DNA of 58,331 bases from contig SVSA01000002.1 of the NCBI GenBank assembly GCA_015064545.1, positions 1 through 58,331 on the forward strand, given 5' to 3'. The notes under the pieces are model-generated. The model saw only the letters and a program-made list of their open reading frames with translations, was not told the DNA's origin and searched no databases. The position numbers and the translations under genes were made by a program. Each line of letters opens with the position of its first letter. The first letter of the stretch is position 1. Of this stretch, positions 37,580 to 46,763 are shown one piece after another. This DNA is from Oscillospiraceae bacterium (lineage in GTDB: Bacteria; Bacillota; Clostridia; Oscillospirales; CAG-272).

Positions 37580-38199
37580 ACTTGTTTCCTTTCGTAATAT
37601 TTTACCGTGTTTCCGTCGCTCAAGGCGAGAAATAGCTCGGAAAGGCGGCGCTTGTCGGCGACCAGTCTGGCACGAAGCCAGGCCTCATCGCGCGAGAGAA
37701 GGGTGAGAAAATGTTGATAGATCCGGCCGTCAACCACGACGGGAAGGGTTAAGGCATCTTGTTTTTCAAAAGCCGAGATCTGCCCATTCTGCTCCAAAAA
37801 GCAATACTCCAGCTGGGAGAGATCGGCCACATCCTTTTGCCGTAAGGCAGAAAGAAGCTCATCGGCGGTGAGACGTTGCTTTTGCATGGCGTGCAGATTC
37901 AGCTTGCCCCGATCGATCAGAATCGTAGGCGATGGCTCCAGCAGACGCTTCAAAAACGGAAGCTTTGTGATCAGATAGGAGACCAGAATCTCAAGACAAA
38001 CAAGCGCCAGAATCGGAAGAATGGCGTGAATCAGCGGAATATCGGGATCCGAGAGCGGCGCGGCCGCCACCTCCGAGATCAGAAAGGCGGTGGTCAGCTC
38101 GGATAGCTGCAGCTCACCGACCTGCCGTTTTCCGGTCAGACGAATGGAAAGCACTAGCGTAAAATATAGAATTAAGGTGCGGAGCAAAATGGGAAACAT
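37576..38199 (-). CDS. DUF421 (YetF/YdfS-family) membrane protein
   Basis: Start at MFPILLRTLILYFTLVLSIRLTGKRQVGELQLSELT after aaggag. The upstream part of the listed ORF is AT-rich promoter sequence. Confidence 0.75.
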   Translation of the reverse strand: MFPILLRTLILYFTLVLSIRLTGKRQVGELQLSELTTAFLISEVAAAPLSDPDIPLIHAILPILALVCLEILVSYLITKLPFLKRLLEPSPTILIDRGKLNLHAMQKQRLTADELLSALRQKDVADLSQLEYCFLEQNGQISAFEKQDALTLPVVVDGRIYQHFLTLLSRDEAWLRARLVADKRRLSELFLALSDGNTVKYYERKQV

Positions 38200-38321
38200 G
38201 AGGACAGCTCCTTTTTTGTTTAGGCTTAGTATGGCGACGACGCTGGATTTTATGCAGAGCCAAGTGCGGAAGAGAATGATTGAATAAGACAAAAAATATA
38301 TCGAAAAACGATAAAAATATC

Positions 38322-38350
38322 TTGACAAACGAAAATATCTATGATAAGAT
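38322..38350 (+). promoter_or_regulatory. sigma-A-type promoter of the DUF2975 operon
   Basis: TTGACA, 17 nt, TAAGAT. Confidence 0.5.
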
Positions 38351-38400
38351 GATCCTAAGAGGGAATTGTTTCCCCATTTCTTCCGAAAGGAATCACCATT

Positions 38401-38892
38401 ATGTTAAAAATCAACAAACGTCACTCTGTTACGGTGTCGATCGTCATTACCGGGATGATTTTTGCGATCATGATTGCCGTAGCCGCCACGGTTTTCGATT
38501 ATCCTGCGCTTTGGTTTGCTTCGCCGGAGATTGAACCGGCATTGTCATTTGTTCTTTTTACCTATGCGGAGTTGCTCTTCGCCTTTCCGGCGGCCGGGTG
38601 CTTGTTGGCACTTTTGCTGCGCATTCGTCGGCATCGCGTTTTTGTCGCCGAAAACATTGCGTGTTTACGGAGTCTGTCCTGGTTGTGCTTTGCGGAAGGC
38701 CTACTGTTTTTGGGAGAGGGCGTGGTATTGTTTATGAATTTTGACCGTGTCATGTGGAATGAAGATTTGTTTACGGTGGTCTTTTTCCTGATTGCCTTTG
38801 CCTGTGTGTTTATGGGGACGATTTTGCGTGTCGTGAAGAATACCTTTGAAGAGGCGGCAACCATCAAAGACGAGAACGATTATACGATATAA
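38401..38892 (+). CDS. DUF2975-like four-TM membrane protein
   Basis: Four hydrophobic helices. Sits immediately upstream of a YozG-type HTH gene, the canonical DUF2975 context. Confidence 0.6.
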   Translation: MLKINKRHSVTVSIVITGMIFAIMIAVAATVFDYPALWFASPEIEPALSFVLFTYAELLFAFPAAGCLLALLLRIRRHRVFVAENIACLRSLSWLCFAEGLLFLGEGVVLFMNFDRVMWNEDLFTVVFFLIAFACVFMGTILRVVKNTFEEAATIKDENDYTI

Positions 38893-38930
38893 GCTGTAAA
38901 ACGATACTTCCAAAGACTTGAGAGGACATT

Positions 38931-39149
38931 ATGCCAATTCTTGTAAATCTTGATGTGATGATGGCCAAGCGAAAAATATCGCTTGGTGAGTTGGCCGATC
39001 GTGTCGGAATCACACCGGCCAACCTGTCGATTTTAAAAACCAATAAGGCCAAAGCCATTCGCTTTTCCACGTTGGAAGCCATCTGCCGTGAGCTGAAATG
39101 TCAGCCGCAGGATATTTTGGAATATGTCAGTACGGGAGGGGCCGAATGA
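38931..39149 (+). CDS. XRE/Cro-family HTH transcriptional regulator, YozG-like
   Basis: 72 aa: ILVNLDVMMAKRKISLGELADRVGITPANLSILKTNKAKAIRFSTLEAICRELKCQPQDILEY. Confidence 0.85.
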   Translation: MPILVNLDVMMAKRKISLGELADRVGITPANLSILKTNKAKAIRFSTLEAICRELKCQPQDILEYVSTGGAE

Positions 39150-39784
39150 AGCGCTGGACTTACCGCCTGCCGATCCTCCTTGGCGCGGCTTCGCTTGTGC
39201 TCGGTTTTGTGACACCGTGGGTGTGGTATTTGTTGCCCGACAATATCTACCATCCCGGATTTATCTTGTCAACGCTGTTTTGGCTGACCGTGATGCTGAC
39301 GTTGTATAATATTACCTTTGTGTTTACGCGTCCGGACGCAGGGGAACGCGATACGGCCCTTCGCATTGCCGAGGTTGTCGGCCTTTTGCTTGGTGGCTTT
39401 TGCTATCATACGGTGATGATGTTGCGTCATGATCTGACCGGGTTTGATTATGGTGCGGCCTTTGCTGATGGAAGGATAGCGCTGCCGTTTTCGTTAACGG
39501 CGGTGTGGTGCTTGCTGCTACTATCCTTAGTCGGTTATGTGGTACTTCGTTTTGTACCGTGCGAGGCGGTGACAGGGGGCGGTCACATCGCTGCGATTGC
39601 TGCCGCACTGCTTGGAATTTTTCTGTTGGTCCTGCTTTCGCTCCAATGGGGAAAGGAGTCGATCGTGACACATCTTTTCCACGGTAACAGTATTGTGATT
39701 CTCGGACGTGCGGTAACCGACCGTTTGTATGTTCTTTCCCGGCACAAGCGCCTTCTTCAATCGGCGGAAAGGAAGATAATATGA
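39146..39784 (+). CDS. polytopic membrane protein, paralogous to the N-terminal half of the next gene
   Basis: ATGA overlap with the HTH gene. Shared motif FVFTRPDAGERDTALRIAEVVGLLLGGF. Confidence 0.55.
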   Translation: MKRWTYRLPILLGAASLVLGFVTPWVWYLLPDNIYHPGFILSTLFWLTVMLTLYNITFVFTRPDAGERDTALRIAEVVGLLLGGFCYHTVMMLRHDLTGFDYGAAFADGRIALPFSLTAVWCLLLLSLVGYVVLRFVPCEAVTGGGHIAAIAAALLGIFLLVLLSLQWGKESIVTHLFHGNSIVILGRAVTDRLYVLSRHKRLLQSAERKII

Positions 39785-40992
39785 AACCCTTCTTAGAATT
39801 CTTCAAAAAGCACCCTTTTATCACGATCCTGTTGCTTTCGCTTGTTGGCGGTGTGATCGGAGGTATAACGTGTCTTCCTTTAAGCAACGACCACATTGAC
39901 GACTGTTTTCTTGGCACGTTTCTGTTCGGTTGTCTGGCGCTGACCGCCTTGCTGTCGCTTGCCAATTTCTTTTTTCTCTTCACTCGTCCCGAACGTAGCC
40001 GGCGTGATCGTGCGCTCCGCATTCTGGAGCCCTTCGGTTTGCTGTTCGGAGGCTTCTTTGCCGCGCTTTTGGGGGAAGGCTATTTCGGAAAGGAATGGTA
40101 TGAGGCGACAATACAGGGTGAGAATCATACCGCAATGGCAAGAGAACATCTGCCGACGGTGGCGGTATTGCTTGGCCTTGCCGTCGTCGGTTATCTTTTG
40201 CTTCGCTTTTCGTCGCTCGAACGGTTACCGCCGCTTGTGACCGTGGGCTCGATGGCGGCGCTGATGATCGGAATGGGCCTTGTGATCGTCTTTTTATGTC
40301 AGGTCATTCCGGCAAATGAGCCGACGTCGGAAATCGGATTGATATGGATTTATGCTTCGAATGTTCTGATTGTTGGCGTGCGTGCCCTTAGCGATACGGT
40401 CATCCGATACGGACGGGGTGAGGGAAGAAAAACGCGCTTTCCGTTCCTGAATCGTCTGCTTGAGCGGTGCCTGCTTCTGCCGATCGTGGCGGTCTTGGCG
40501 GCACTTCCGCTTCTGTTTCTTGTTGTGATCGTTATGATGCTGTTCGGACAACAGCCAGACAGCTTGATCCGTGTCTGGACCGAAACGGCTGACTGGAACT
40601 TCTCGCAGATGACACCGCCTCCTCCCATTCCGTATGAGGGACATTATCTCTGTACCGTGGCGGCAACCGGACATCGCCGCGTTGTCAAGCCTTTACGGAC
40701 GGGTGTGCGTCATGGGCACACCGTGGTGGTTAATCGACAGCTGCAGGTCGCGAATGCTTTTGAGGAGCTGCTGGCCGAACGACTGCCGCGCTTTCATCGT
40801 ATCGTGCGGCGCACCTATGATACGGTCGGCTTACCGTTTGCCAAAAAGGTCAAATCGCCGTATATCTGCGACATCATCTATGTCTTGATGAAGCCGTTGG
40901 AATGGCTGTTCCTTCTGGTGTTGTATGCTTGCGATCGTCAACCGGAAAACCGAATTGCCCTGCAATATCCGCATAAGCCGTTTAAGAAATAA
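39781..40992 (+). CDS. polytopic membrane protein with a conserved-looking soluble C-terminal domain
   Basis: ATGA overlap with the upstream gene. FLFTRPERSRRDRALRILEPFGLLFGGF. C-terminal YLCTVAATGHRRVVKPLRTGVRHGHTVVVNRQLQVANAFEELL. Confidence 0.6.
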   Translation: MKPFLEFFKKHPFITILLLSLVGGVIGGITCLPLSNDHIDDCFLGTFLFGCLALTALLSLANFFFLFTRPERSRRDRALRILEPFGLLFGGFFAALLGEGYFGKEWYEATIQGENHTAMAREHLPTVAVLLGLAVVGYLLLRFSSLERLPPLVTVGSMAALMIGMGLVIVFLCQVIPANEPTSEIGLIWIYASNVLIVGVRALSDTVIRYGRGEGRKTRFPFLNRLLERCLLLPIVAVLAALPLLFLVVIVMMLFGQQPDSLIRVWTETADWNFSQMTPPPPIPYEGHYLCTVAATGHRRVVKPLRTGVRHGHTVVVNRQLQVANAFEELLAERLPRFHRIVRRTYDTVGLPFAKKVKSPYICDIIYVLMKPLEWLFLLVLYACDRQPENRIALQYPHKPFKK

Positions 40993-40995
40993 AAA

Positions 40996-41030
40996 AGCCG
41001 ACAGACGGCCTTTGTCGTCTGTCGGTTGTT
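40996..41030 (+). terminator. Rho-independent terminator
   Basis: ccgacagacg/cgtctgtcgg stem followed by ttgtt. Confidence 0.65.
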
Positions 41031-41037
41031 GCAAACG

Positions 41038-41070
41038 AAAACCCCGCCATAGTGGCGGGGTTCAAAAAAG
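41038..41070 (-). terminator. hairpin with a U-tract on the minus strand (would end a minus-strand transcript from the 41.1-41.4 kb spacer)
   Basis: accccgcc/ggcggggt. The minus strand reads ggggttttcgttt. Confidence 0.45.
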
Positions 41071-41420
41071 GTTTACCGGTGAACGGAAATGATGTAAAGA
41101 AAAAATGCAGTTTAAGGGCAGTTCGCGCAAATGGCTCCCTCCGGGAGGGGGCTCCGCCGAAGGCGGTGGAGGAGCCATCGGGTGGGAAACGCTCGATAAA
41201 AGATATTTACGGAACCGCCTTAATGAGAAGGACAACGCTCTATAATTCCTTTCATCGCGTGCTCCTTCCGTCTTTTTGCTTCGCAAAAATCCACCTCCCT
41301 CCCGGAGGGAGGCGAAGAAACGTCCCTAACCCGTTTACGGGTAGCAAGTAACAAATGCGTGGCTGGCAGGCCAATCTAAAGCGCACTTGTGCGCAGCCAG
41401 TAGTATTAGGGCTACGCCCG

Positions 41421-41454
41421 AAAATGAAATATCCCCCGCTATGCGGGGGGATAT
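41421..41454 (-). terminator. terminator of the 41465-42328 gene
   Basis: atatcccccgc/gcggggggatat hairpin, ttcatttt on the minus strand. Confidence 0.7.
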
Positions 41455-41464
41455 TTATTACGTC

Positions 41465-42328
41465 TTATTCGTAAAGATCAAAATAGTTTCCGATGTAGGC
41501 GACGCTGGTCACATAGCCGTAGAAGGAGGGGTAAACATAGGAGACATTACCCATCTTGCGTGCCAGACTGGGGAGCTTTTGAATATCGACATAGAATTCG
41601 ACCATACAGCCGGTGGACGAGCCGTATTGATGCGTCTCGTTGGTGTGGCGGTCGCTCTTGAAGTCGGTGATGATAACGCGGAAGACACCGCTTTGGGTGG
41701 TAATTTCAAAGAGATCACCGAGACGGCGGGTGTAGAAGGAGCCCATGGCAACGCAGTAATAGTTTCCGACCTTGCGCAGGCCGTTCGGATCGGTATAGGC
41801 GTTCTCATGGCATTGGATCTGCTTCCACTGGGGGGTATTGGTGCCGAGCGCCGTATAGGCGGTATAGGATTTGAAATAGCCCTTGTTTTCGGGAGTGTCG
41901 AGCAGATCGTAGATCAGCGGCGGCTCATAGGGATCGTAGGGCTCCTCCTCAAAGGAGACCTCTACCGATTCCTGTAGCTGCCACCAATAGGTTTCGGAGA
42001 CCGTATCCTCGGTATCCTTGGTGGTGTCGGTAACCGGGGGCTTTGTGGTGGTGGGCGGCTCGGTGGTGACGGGGCCGATCGGCCGATCGGTGGTGTCGGG
42101 GATGGTGTCGGGCGGCTCGGTATCGGTGGTATCCGAGGGGCGCTCGTCGGTATTCGGGGTGACGGGCGGCTCGGCCGTAGGCTCGCTCGAGAGGAGACTG
42201 CTGCTTCTGTCGGTGGTATCGGATGCGCTGAGGCTGTCTTCATTGGCAAAGCCGAAGATAACCAGAAGAATCGCACCAAGACACAGACAAAGCAGTGTCA
42301 GCATGGCATTGCGGTTTTCGTGTTTCAC
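41465..42328 (-). CDS. membrane-anchored exported protein with a Thr/Pro-rich linker and an uncharacterised C-terminal domain (possibly 3D/DPBB-like wall-binding or lytic)
   Basis: N-terminal TM (AMLTLLCLCLGAILLVIF), PT-rich spacer, C-terminal YYCVAMGSFYTRRLGDLFEITTQSGVFRVIITDFKSDRHT. The fold assignment is only a resemblance. Confidence 0.5.
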   Translation of the reverse strand: MKHENRNAMLTLLCLCLGAILLVIFGFANEDSLSASDTTDRSSSLLSSEPTAEPPVTPNTDERPSDTTDTEPPDTIPDTTDRPIGPVTTEPPTTTKPPVTDTTKDTEDTVSETYWWQLQESVEVSFEEEPYDPYEPPLIYDLLDTPENKGYFKSYTAYTALGTNTPQWKQIQCHENAYTDPNGLRKVGNYYCVAMGSFYTRRLGDLFEITTQSGVFRVIITDFKSDRHTNETHQYGSSTGCMVEFYVDIQKLPSLARKMGNVSYVYPSFYGYVTSVAYIGNYFDLYE

Positions 42329-42390
42329 GAAGTGATTTCCTTCCCATGGTAACGGTATGATGGTAAAGCCTATGCCTCTAAGGGCACAGA

Positions 42391-43038
42391 TTATGCGTGA
42401 TCGGACGGCGGATCGTTGTCGTGATCGGCGGTATCCTTTGGACGATCGGCGGCGCCGGTGCCGCCTTCCACAACGCCGCGATGGGTAAACACGGCGGAAA
42501 AGGTGCCAAAGAAGCAGGCGAGGTCGGTTTTCAAACCGAGTGTCTTGACATATTCGCCGTCAAGACGCGCCTTTTCGGGAATGGGGAGCTCGTCACGCCC
42601 CGAAATCTGGGCAAGACCGGTCAGGCCCGGACGGACATCGTTTGCCCCGTATTTGTCGCGCTCGGCGATGAGATCGTCCTGATTCCAAAGCGCGGGACGC
42701 GGCCCGACAAGCGACATATGGCCAACGAAAATATTGAACAGCTGCGGCAGCTCGTCAAGCGAGGTTTTGCGCAGAATCCGTCCGACACGGGTAATATACG
42801 AGTCGGGATCGGGGAGCAGATGGGTGGGACAGTCGCGGGGGGTGGACATTTTCATCGTGCGGAATTTCAGAATGGGGAAGAGCTTCTTGCCCTTGCCGAC
42901 GCGCTTCTGCGTGAAGAAGACAGGCCCGGGATCGTCGATCACGATCCACAGCGACAGCAGAATCCAAAGAGGAATCAGAAGCAGAATGCCGCAGAGCGAG
43001 AGCAGAAGATCAAAAAAGCGTTTGAAACCGAGATACAT
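42391..43038 (-). CDS. small monotopic polyprenyl-phosphate sugar-phosphate transferase (PglC/WbaP-C-terminal family)
   Basis: KRFFDLLLSL, PVFFTQKRVGKGKKLFPILKFRTM, DELPQLFNIFVGHMSLVGPRP. Confidence 0.9.
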   Translation of the reverse strand: MYLGFKRFFDLLLSLCGILLLIPLWILLSLWIVIDDPGPVFFTQKRVGKGKKLFPILKFRTMKMSTPRDCPTHLLPDPDSYITRVGRILRKTSLDELPQLFNIFVGHMSLVGPRPALWNQDDLIAERDKYGANDVRPGLTGLAQISGRDELPIPEKARLDGEYVKTLGLKTDLACFFGTFSAVFTHRGVVEGGTGAADRPKDTADHDNDPPSDHA

Positions 43039-43207
43039 GAGACCTCCGTGGATTTTTGTGCATAGATATCATCATTATATCGGATTTCTGATCAAATGTC
43101 AAGAGCTTTTTCTTTGGGAGAAAGCAACCCATTGTCCGCAAAAAAGGGAGCGCTCGTTTGGAAGCGCTCCCTTCGTTCGTCTGAGAAGAGGTTTGAGATG
43201 CGGTAAT

Positions 43208-44302
43208 TCACGCACCGAGCACCGCGGCAAGCTTGTCGGTTCCGAGACGGTAGACAATCTGACCGCCCTCCAGAAGGAAGTAGCGGCGAGGCTCGGTCTT
43301 GTCGGCAACATCGGAATCGGTGTCAGCCGATGTATCGGCGGATGTCTCGGCCGATGTGTCGGCGGTTTCCTCCTCCGCAAGATCGCCGATCAGGAACCCG
43401 ACAACAACCTCCTGTTCCTTGGTGACCGAGGAGGTGCCATCGGCACCCGTGATGGTGACGGTTTTGGTATAACGGACGGTAACCGTGAGATACGGGATGT
43501 CGAGGCCGTAGCGGGACAGGCGGTCGCCGACGGCGTTGTAATCACACCAATCCTCCAGCTTAACGCCGAACAGCTCGTCGTAAATGTCCTCGACGGTGTC
43601 GGTCATGTCGCCGTCAACCACGGTGCCGTCGGCGAGCACCTTCTGCCAGGTGTCTTCCCCGCCATCCTCTGCGGCAGGGACAAAGACATAGGAGAAGGCG
43701 GTGCCGTCGCGGTAAGCCAATTCGATCTTGGTCAGATCGGCCAGCTTGTTTTCCGGGGCGGTGACCGTTTCGTCGAGCAGCAGCTCGTTCATCGAATAGG
43801 CAAAATAATCGGTAAAGGTGCCGTCAAGCAGATAGACGAAGCCGTCTCCCACCGAGCAGTAATAGGCATCGGCGTACTTATTGTAGTCACCGATGGTCAG
43901 CGCGAGGGAGGTATCGTCGGAATAGCGTGCGGTGACGGCGATCGTATCGGCATCCAGCCCGTACTCCGAAAGGTCGGAGGGAGCCTCAAAGCGCCGCTCG
44001 AAGGTGAGCTTGGCGACATTGGACACCATATAGGAGGCAAGGGTCTGATCCAGAGGAAAGGCGTGATCCTCGGCCAGATAATAGGTGTTTCCCGATACCT
44101 CAATGCCGAAGGCCTTGTCCTTATCCCGATAGGTCAGACTGACAACGGCGGTATCGTCCTTGTCGATATAGACGATGTCTTGCTCGCCCGTTTCGCTATC
44201 GTTACCGGCTTCGCGATCGGCAATCACGGTTGCCACAAGGAAGAAGCCAACGGCAAGAACCAGAACCACGAGCAGCAGGATCAGACTGTTACGCTTTTTC
44301 AT
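43208..44302 (-). CDS. DUF4340-like membrane-anchored protein (last gene of the ABC-2/GldG operon)
   Basis: N-terminal TM, beta-rich ectodomain, positioned after a GldG-like gene as is typical. Confidence 0.55.
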   Translation of the reverse strand: MKKRNSLILLLVVLVLAVGFFLVATVIADREAGNDSETGEQDIVYIDKDDTAVVSLTYRDKDKAFGIEVSGNTYYLAEDHAFPLDQTLASYMVSNVAKLTFERRFEAPSDLSEYGLDADTIAVTARYSDDTSLALTIGDYNKYADAYYCSVGDGFVYLLDGTFTDYFAYSMNELLLDETVTAPENKLADLTKIELAYRDGTAFSYVFVPAAEDGGEDTWQKVLADGTVVDGDMTDTVEDIYDELFGVKLEDWCDYNAVGDRLSRYGLDIPYLTVTVRYTKTVTITGADGTSSVTKEQEVVVGFLIGDLAEEETADTSAETSADTSADTDSDVADKTEPRRYFLLEGGQIVYRLGTDKLAAVLGA

Positions 44303-44311
44303 AAAAACTCC

Positions 44312-45877
44312 TTAACGGGTGCTGCGGCGGCGCCAGAGGAAGAAGCCGCAGAGAAGCATGGCGGCCGGAATGATACCGATCAGGATGACCGACCAGGTGT
44401 TGGCGGCACTATCGGAGATCGAAAGCGCGGCAACCTGCAGAGACGGCGAATTGACCGTAATCGAGGCTTCCTTGTCGCAGAGATCGGTGACAACGGCCAT
44501 CAGATAGCTGACGTTGGAATAGCTGCCGATCGTGCCGGCATCCAGCATCAGGGGCGAGGCAAACCACACGAAGGAGGAGGTTCCCTTGGAGCCGATCTTG
44601 TCGCTCTTGGCAGCAAGGATGAACTGACCTTCGATGTCGCCCTCCTGCTTTTCCACGGTGGTATTTTTGTCGATCAAGGTTTTGCCGTAAGCCTTGGTGG
44701 TGGTCGTCATCAGCTTGGTGACCGTAACGCCCGAAAGCGAATCCTGAACCGTGATACCGTGAGCATAGCCCATCAGCACATAGGTGTTGGAAGGAACGGC
44801 GGCCGCATAGGGATGGGAGGTCAGCGTCGCGTGGATATAGGTCGGGCCGTAGTAGCTGGAATAGTGGGCGGAATCGCCTTCGAGAACCAGCGCCTTCTGA
44901 TGCATCAGGCCGTATTCGGCGGCAAAGCGATAGAGATTGGCGAACTTCTCGGGAGTAACGGTGGCCTCCCCGTCGTCGGGGGCTTCGGTGTCGGCACCGG
45001 TTTCGGGGGCTTCGTCGGTGTCGGCGGTCGTGTCGTCGCTCTCCTGCGTGGTTTGAGGAACATCGTAGGAAATCAGGAGGATGTGGCCGCCCTTATCGGC
45101 ATAGGTGCGAAGGAGATTCAGCTCGGCCTCGGTGAAGTCCATGGTCGGCGCATAGATCAAAACGAGAGAGGCGTCGGTGGGAACCTCGGTGACGGTGGGG
45201 AGCTTCAGCTCATTCAGCACGATGTTATCCTCGTCAAAGAGCTTCTTGACCGAATCGTCTAAGGTAAATTCGCCGTGGCCGGCGGTGTAGTAGACGGTAG
45301 GCAGACGCTCCATCGAGACATAGTCGATGGCCGAGAGAAGCTCATTTTCGATGTTGAAATAGGTGGGGTTGTCGGGCATCTGGCCGTACATCATATAGTA
45401 GTAGTTCAGCTCTTCCTTCGAATACTGCTGATAATAGATCTCGTTGTTGAGGATCAGACGGGCGCGGCCGTTTTCCTCGTTGACAACCAGCAGATTGGTG
45501 GTTGCCGAATCGAAGGCTTCCTCCACATAACCGCTGACAAAATTGGGGAAGAGCACGGGGTCTACGGTCTTTACCGAGAGCTTGGCGCTGAGATCGGAAT
45601 AGCGGTCGACATATTCGTACACGATGTTATCGACAGCGCTGTCCGAGGCAACGACATAAACGGTAATCTTGTCGTCAAGCGCCTTCATATAGGTGCGGCT
45701 GGTATCTGAGATGGCATAGATGTCCTGACCGCTGACCGAGAGGGAGGTGTAGGAGGCGGGGAGCAGACCGGCCGCCAGATTCACAAGGATCAATACGGCC
45801 AATACCACCGCCGTGACAATCAGGCTGTAGCTGCCGTAGCGGAGGGCAATGCCGCCGATGGATTTTTGTTGTTTCAT
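44312..45877 (-). CDS. GldG-like ABC-transport auxiliary protein
   Basis: Start at MKQQKSIGG after aggagg. N- and C-terminal TM helices flank a large ectodomain. Follows an ABC-2 permease. Confidence 0.65.
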   Translation of the reverse strand: MKQQKSIGGIALRYGSYSLIVTAVVLAVLILVNLAAGLLPASYTSLSVSGQDIYAISDTSRTYMKALDDKITVYVVASDSAVDNIVYEYVDRYSDLSAKLSVKTVDPVLFPNFVSGYVEEAFDSATTNLLVVNEENGRARLILNNEIYYQQYSKEELNYYYMMYGQMPDNPTYFNIENELLSAIDYVSMERLPTVYYTAGHGEFTLDDSVKKLFDEDNIVLNELKLPTVTEVPTDASLVLIYAPTMDFTEAELNLLRTYADKGGHILLISYDVPQTTQESDDTTADTDEAPETGADTEAPDDGEATVTPEKFANLYRFAAEYGLMHQKALVLEGDSAHYSSYYGPTYIHATLTSHPYAAAVPSNTYVLMGYAHGITVQDSLSGVTVTKLMTTTTKAYGKTLIDKNTTVEKQEGDIEGQFILAAKSDKIGSKGTSSFVWFASPLMLDAGTIGSYSNVSYLMAVVTDLCDKEASITVNSPSLQVAALSISDSAANTWSVILIGIIPAAMLLCGFFLWRRRSTR

Positions 45878-45896
45878 GGTCGGATACCTCCTGCAA

Positions 45897-46763
45897 TCAG
45901 CTGAAGCGTCTCTTCTCAACGGTTTGAATCGTCAAGAAGGAGAAGAGGACGGAAACGGAAAGGAAATAGATCACGGTGGTCAGATCGAAGAGCTGTGAGC
46001 TGACCGAGGCATTGAAGATATCAAAAAGCGCAATCTTTCCGACGGCCTTTTGGAACAGGCCCATAAACAGCGAGCGGTTGATCATAAATACGATCAGAAG
46101 AATTGCTTCCAAAACAACCGCCGTGGAGAAGGCCACCCAATAATTCTTGGTGAAGGAATAAACGGCGAGCGCCACCAGACAGATCACAACCGTAAAGGCA
46201 ATGTAGGAGGCCAGTGACGAGGTCGGCAGGGCGGCCGAGAGGATTTGTGCGAAATAGCAGAGAATCAGGGTGCCCGAGCCGAGAACAGCGGCGATCACCT
46301 GCGATTCGGTCAGCGAGGACATGAACATACAGATTGCCGTCATGGCCGCGGCCAGCAGGTAGAAGAGCAGAATCGAGGCATAGGAGGCCAAGAGATTGAC
46401 CGTGCCGTACAGGGAAAGCAGCAGCGGATAGAAGAGCAGAACGGCAGTCGGTACGGCGAGCACGGTGAGCATGGCGAAATACTTGCCGAGGACGATCTGT
46501 GTGGTCGAGATCGGCAGGGTATAAAGAAGCAAATCGGTTTTCTGACGGCGTTCCTCCGCGAACGAGCGCATGGCGAGGATCGGGATGGCCAGCATCAGAA
46601 TAACGGTTGCGGTCGGCAGGGCGTATTCCATCGTGGGATACTTGGCGTCAAAGCAGTAGAGCTTGACAAAAACGCTTGTCATCAGAAGGATCATGGCCAT
46701 GGCGATATAGCCGGTCATGTTGGAAAAATAGGCTTTTAACTCTTTACGGTAGATGGCACCCAT
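45897..46763 (-). CDS. ABC-2-type transporter permease
   Basis: Six predicted TM helices; overlaps the ATPase gene stop. Confidence 0.75.
   Translation of the reverse strand: MGAIYRKELKAYFSNMTGYIAMAMILLMTSVFVKLYCFDAKYPTMEYALPTATVILMLAIPILAMRSFAEERRQKTDLLLYTLPISTTQIVLGKYFAMLTVLAVPTAVLLFYPLLLSLYGTVNLLASYASILLFYLLAAAMTAICMFMSSLTESQVIAAVLGSGTLILCYFAQILSAALPTSSLASYIAFTVVICLVALAVYSFTKNYWVAFSTAVVLEAILLIVFMINRSLFMGLFQKAVGKIALFDIFNASVSSQLFDLTTVIYFLSVSVLFSFLTIQTVEKRRFS

Noticed and set aside
41052-41351. 99-aa (+) and 74-aa (-) ORFs in the convergent spacer.
   Set aside because: They have non-ATG or weak starts and no SD. The sequences are translated GC-rich palindromes (PPGG, PPPP runs), and both lie between two terminators.
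5138-43038. A dedicated glycan (pgl/cps-like) gene cluster.
   Set aside because: Only two relevant genes exist, a PglF/CapD-type dehydratase at 5138-7045 and a PglC-type phosphotransferase at 42391-43038. They are 35 kb apart, and no glycosyltransferases, flippase or polymerase are nearby.
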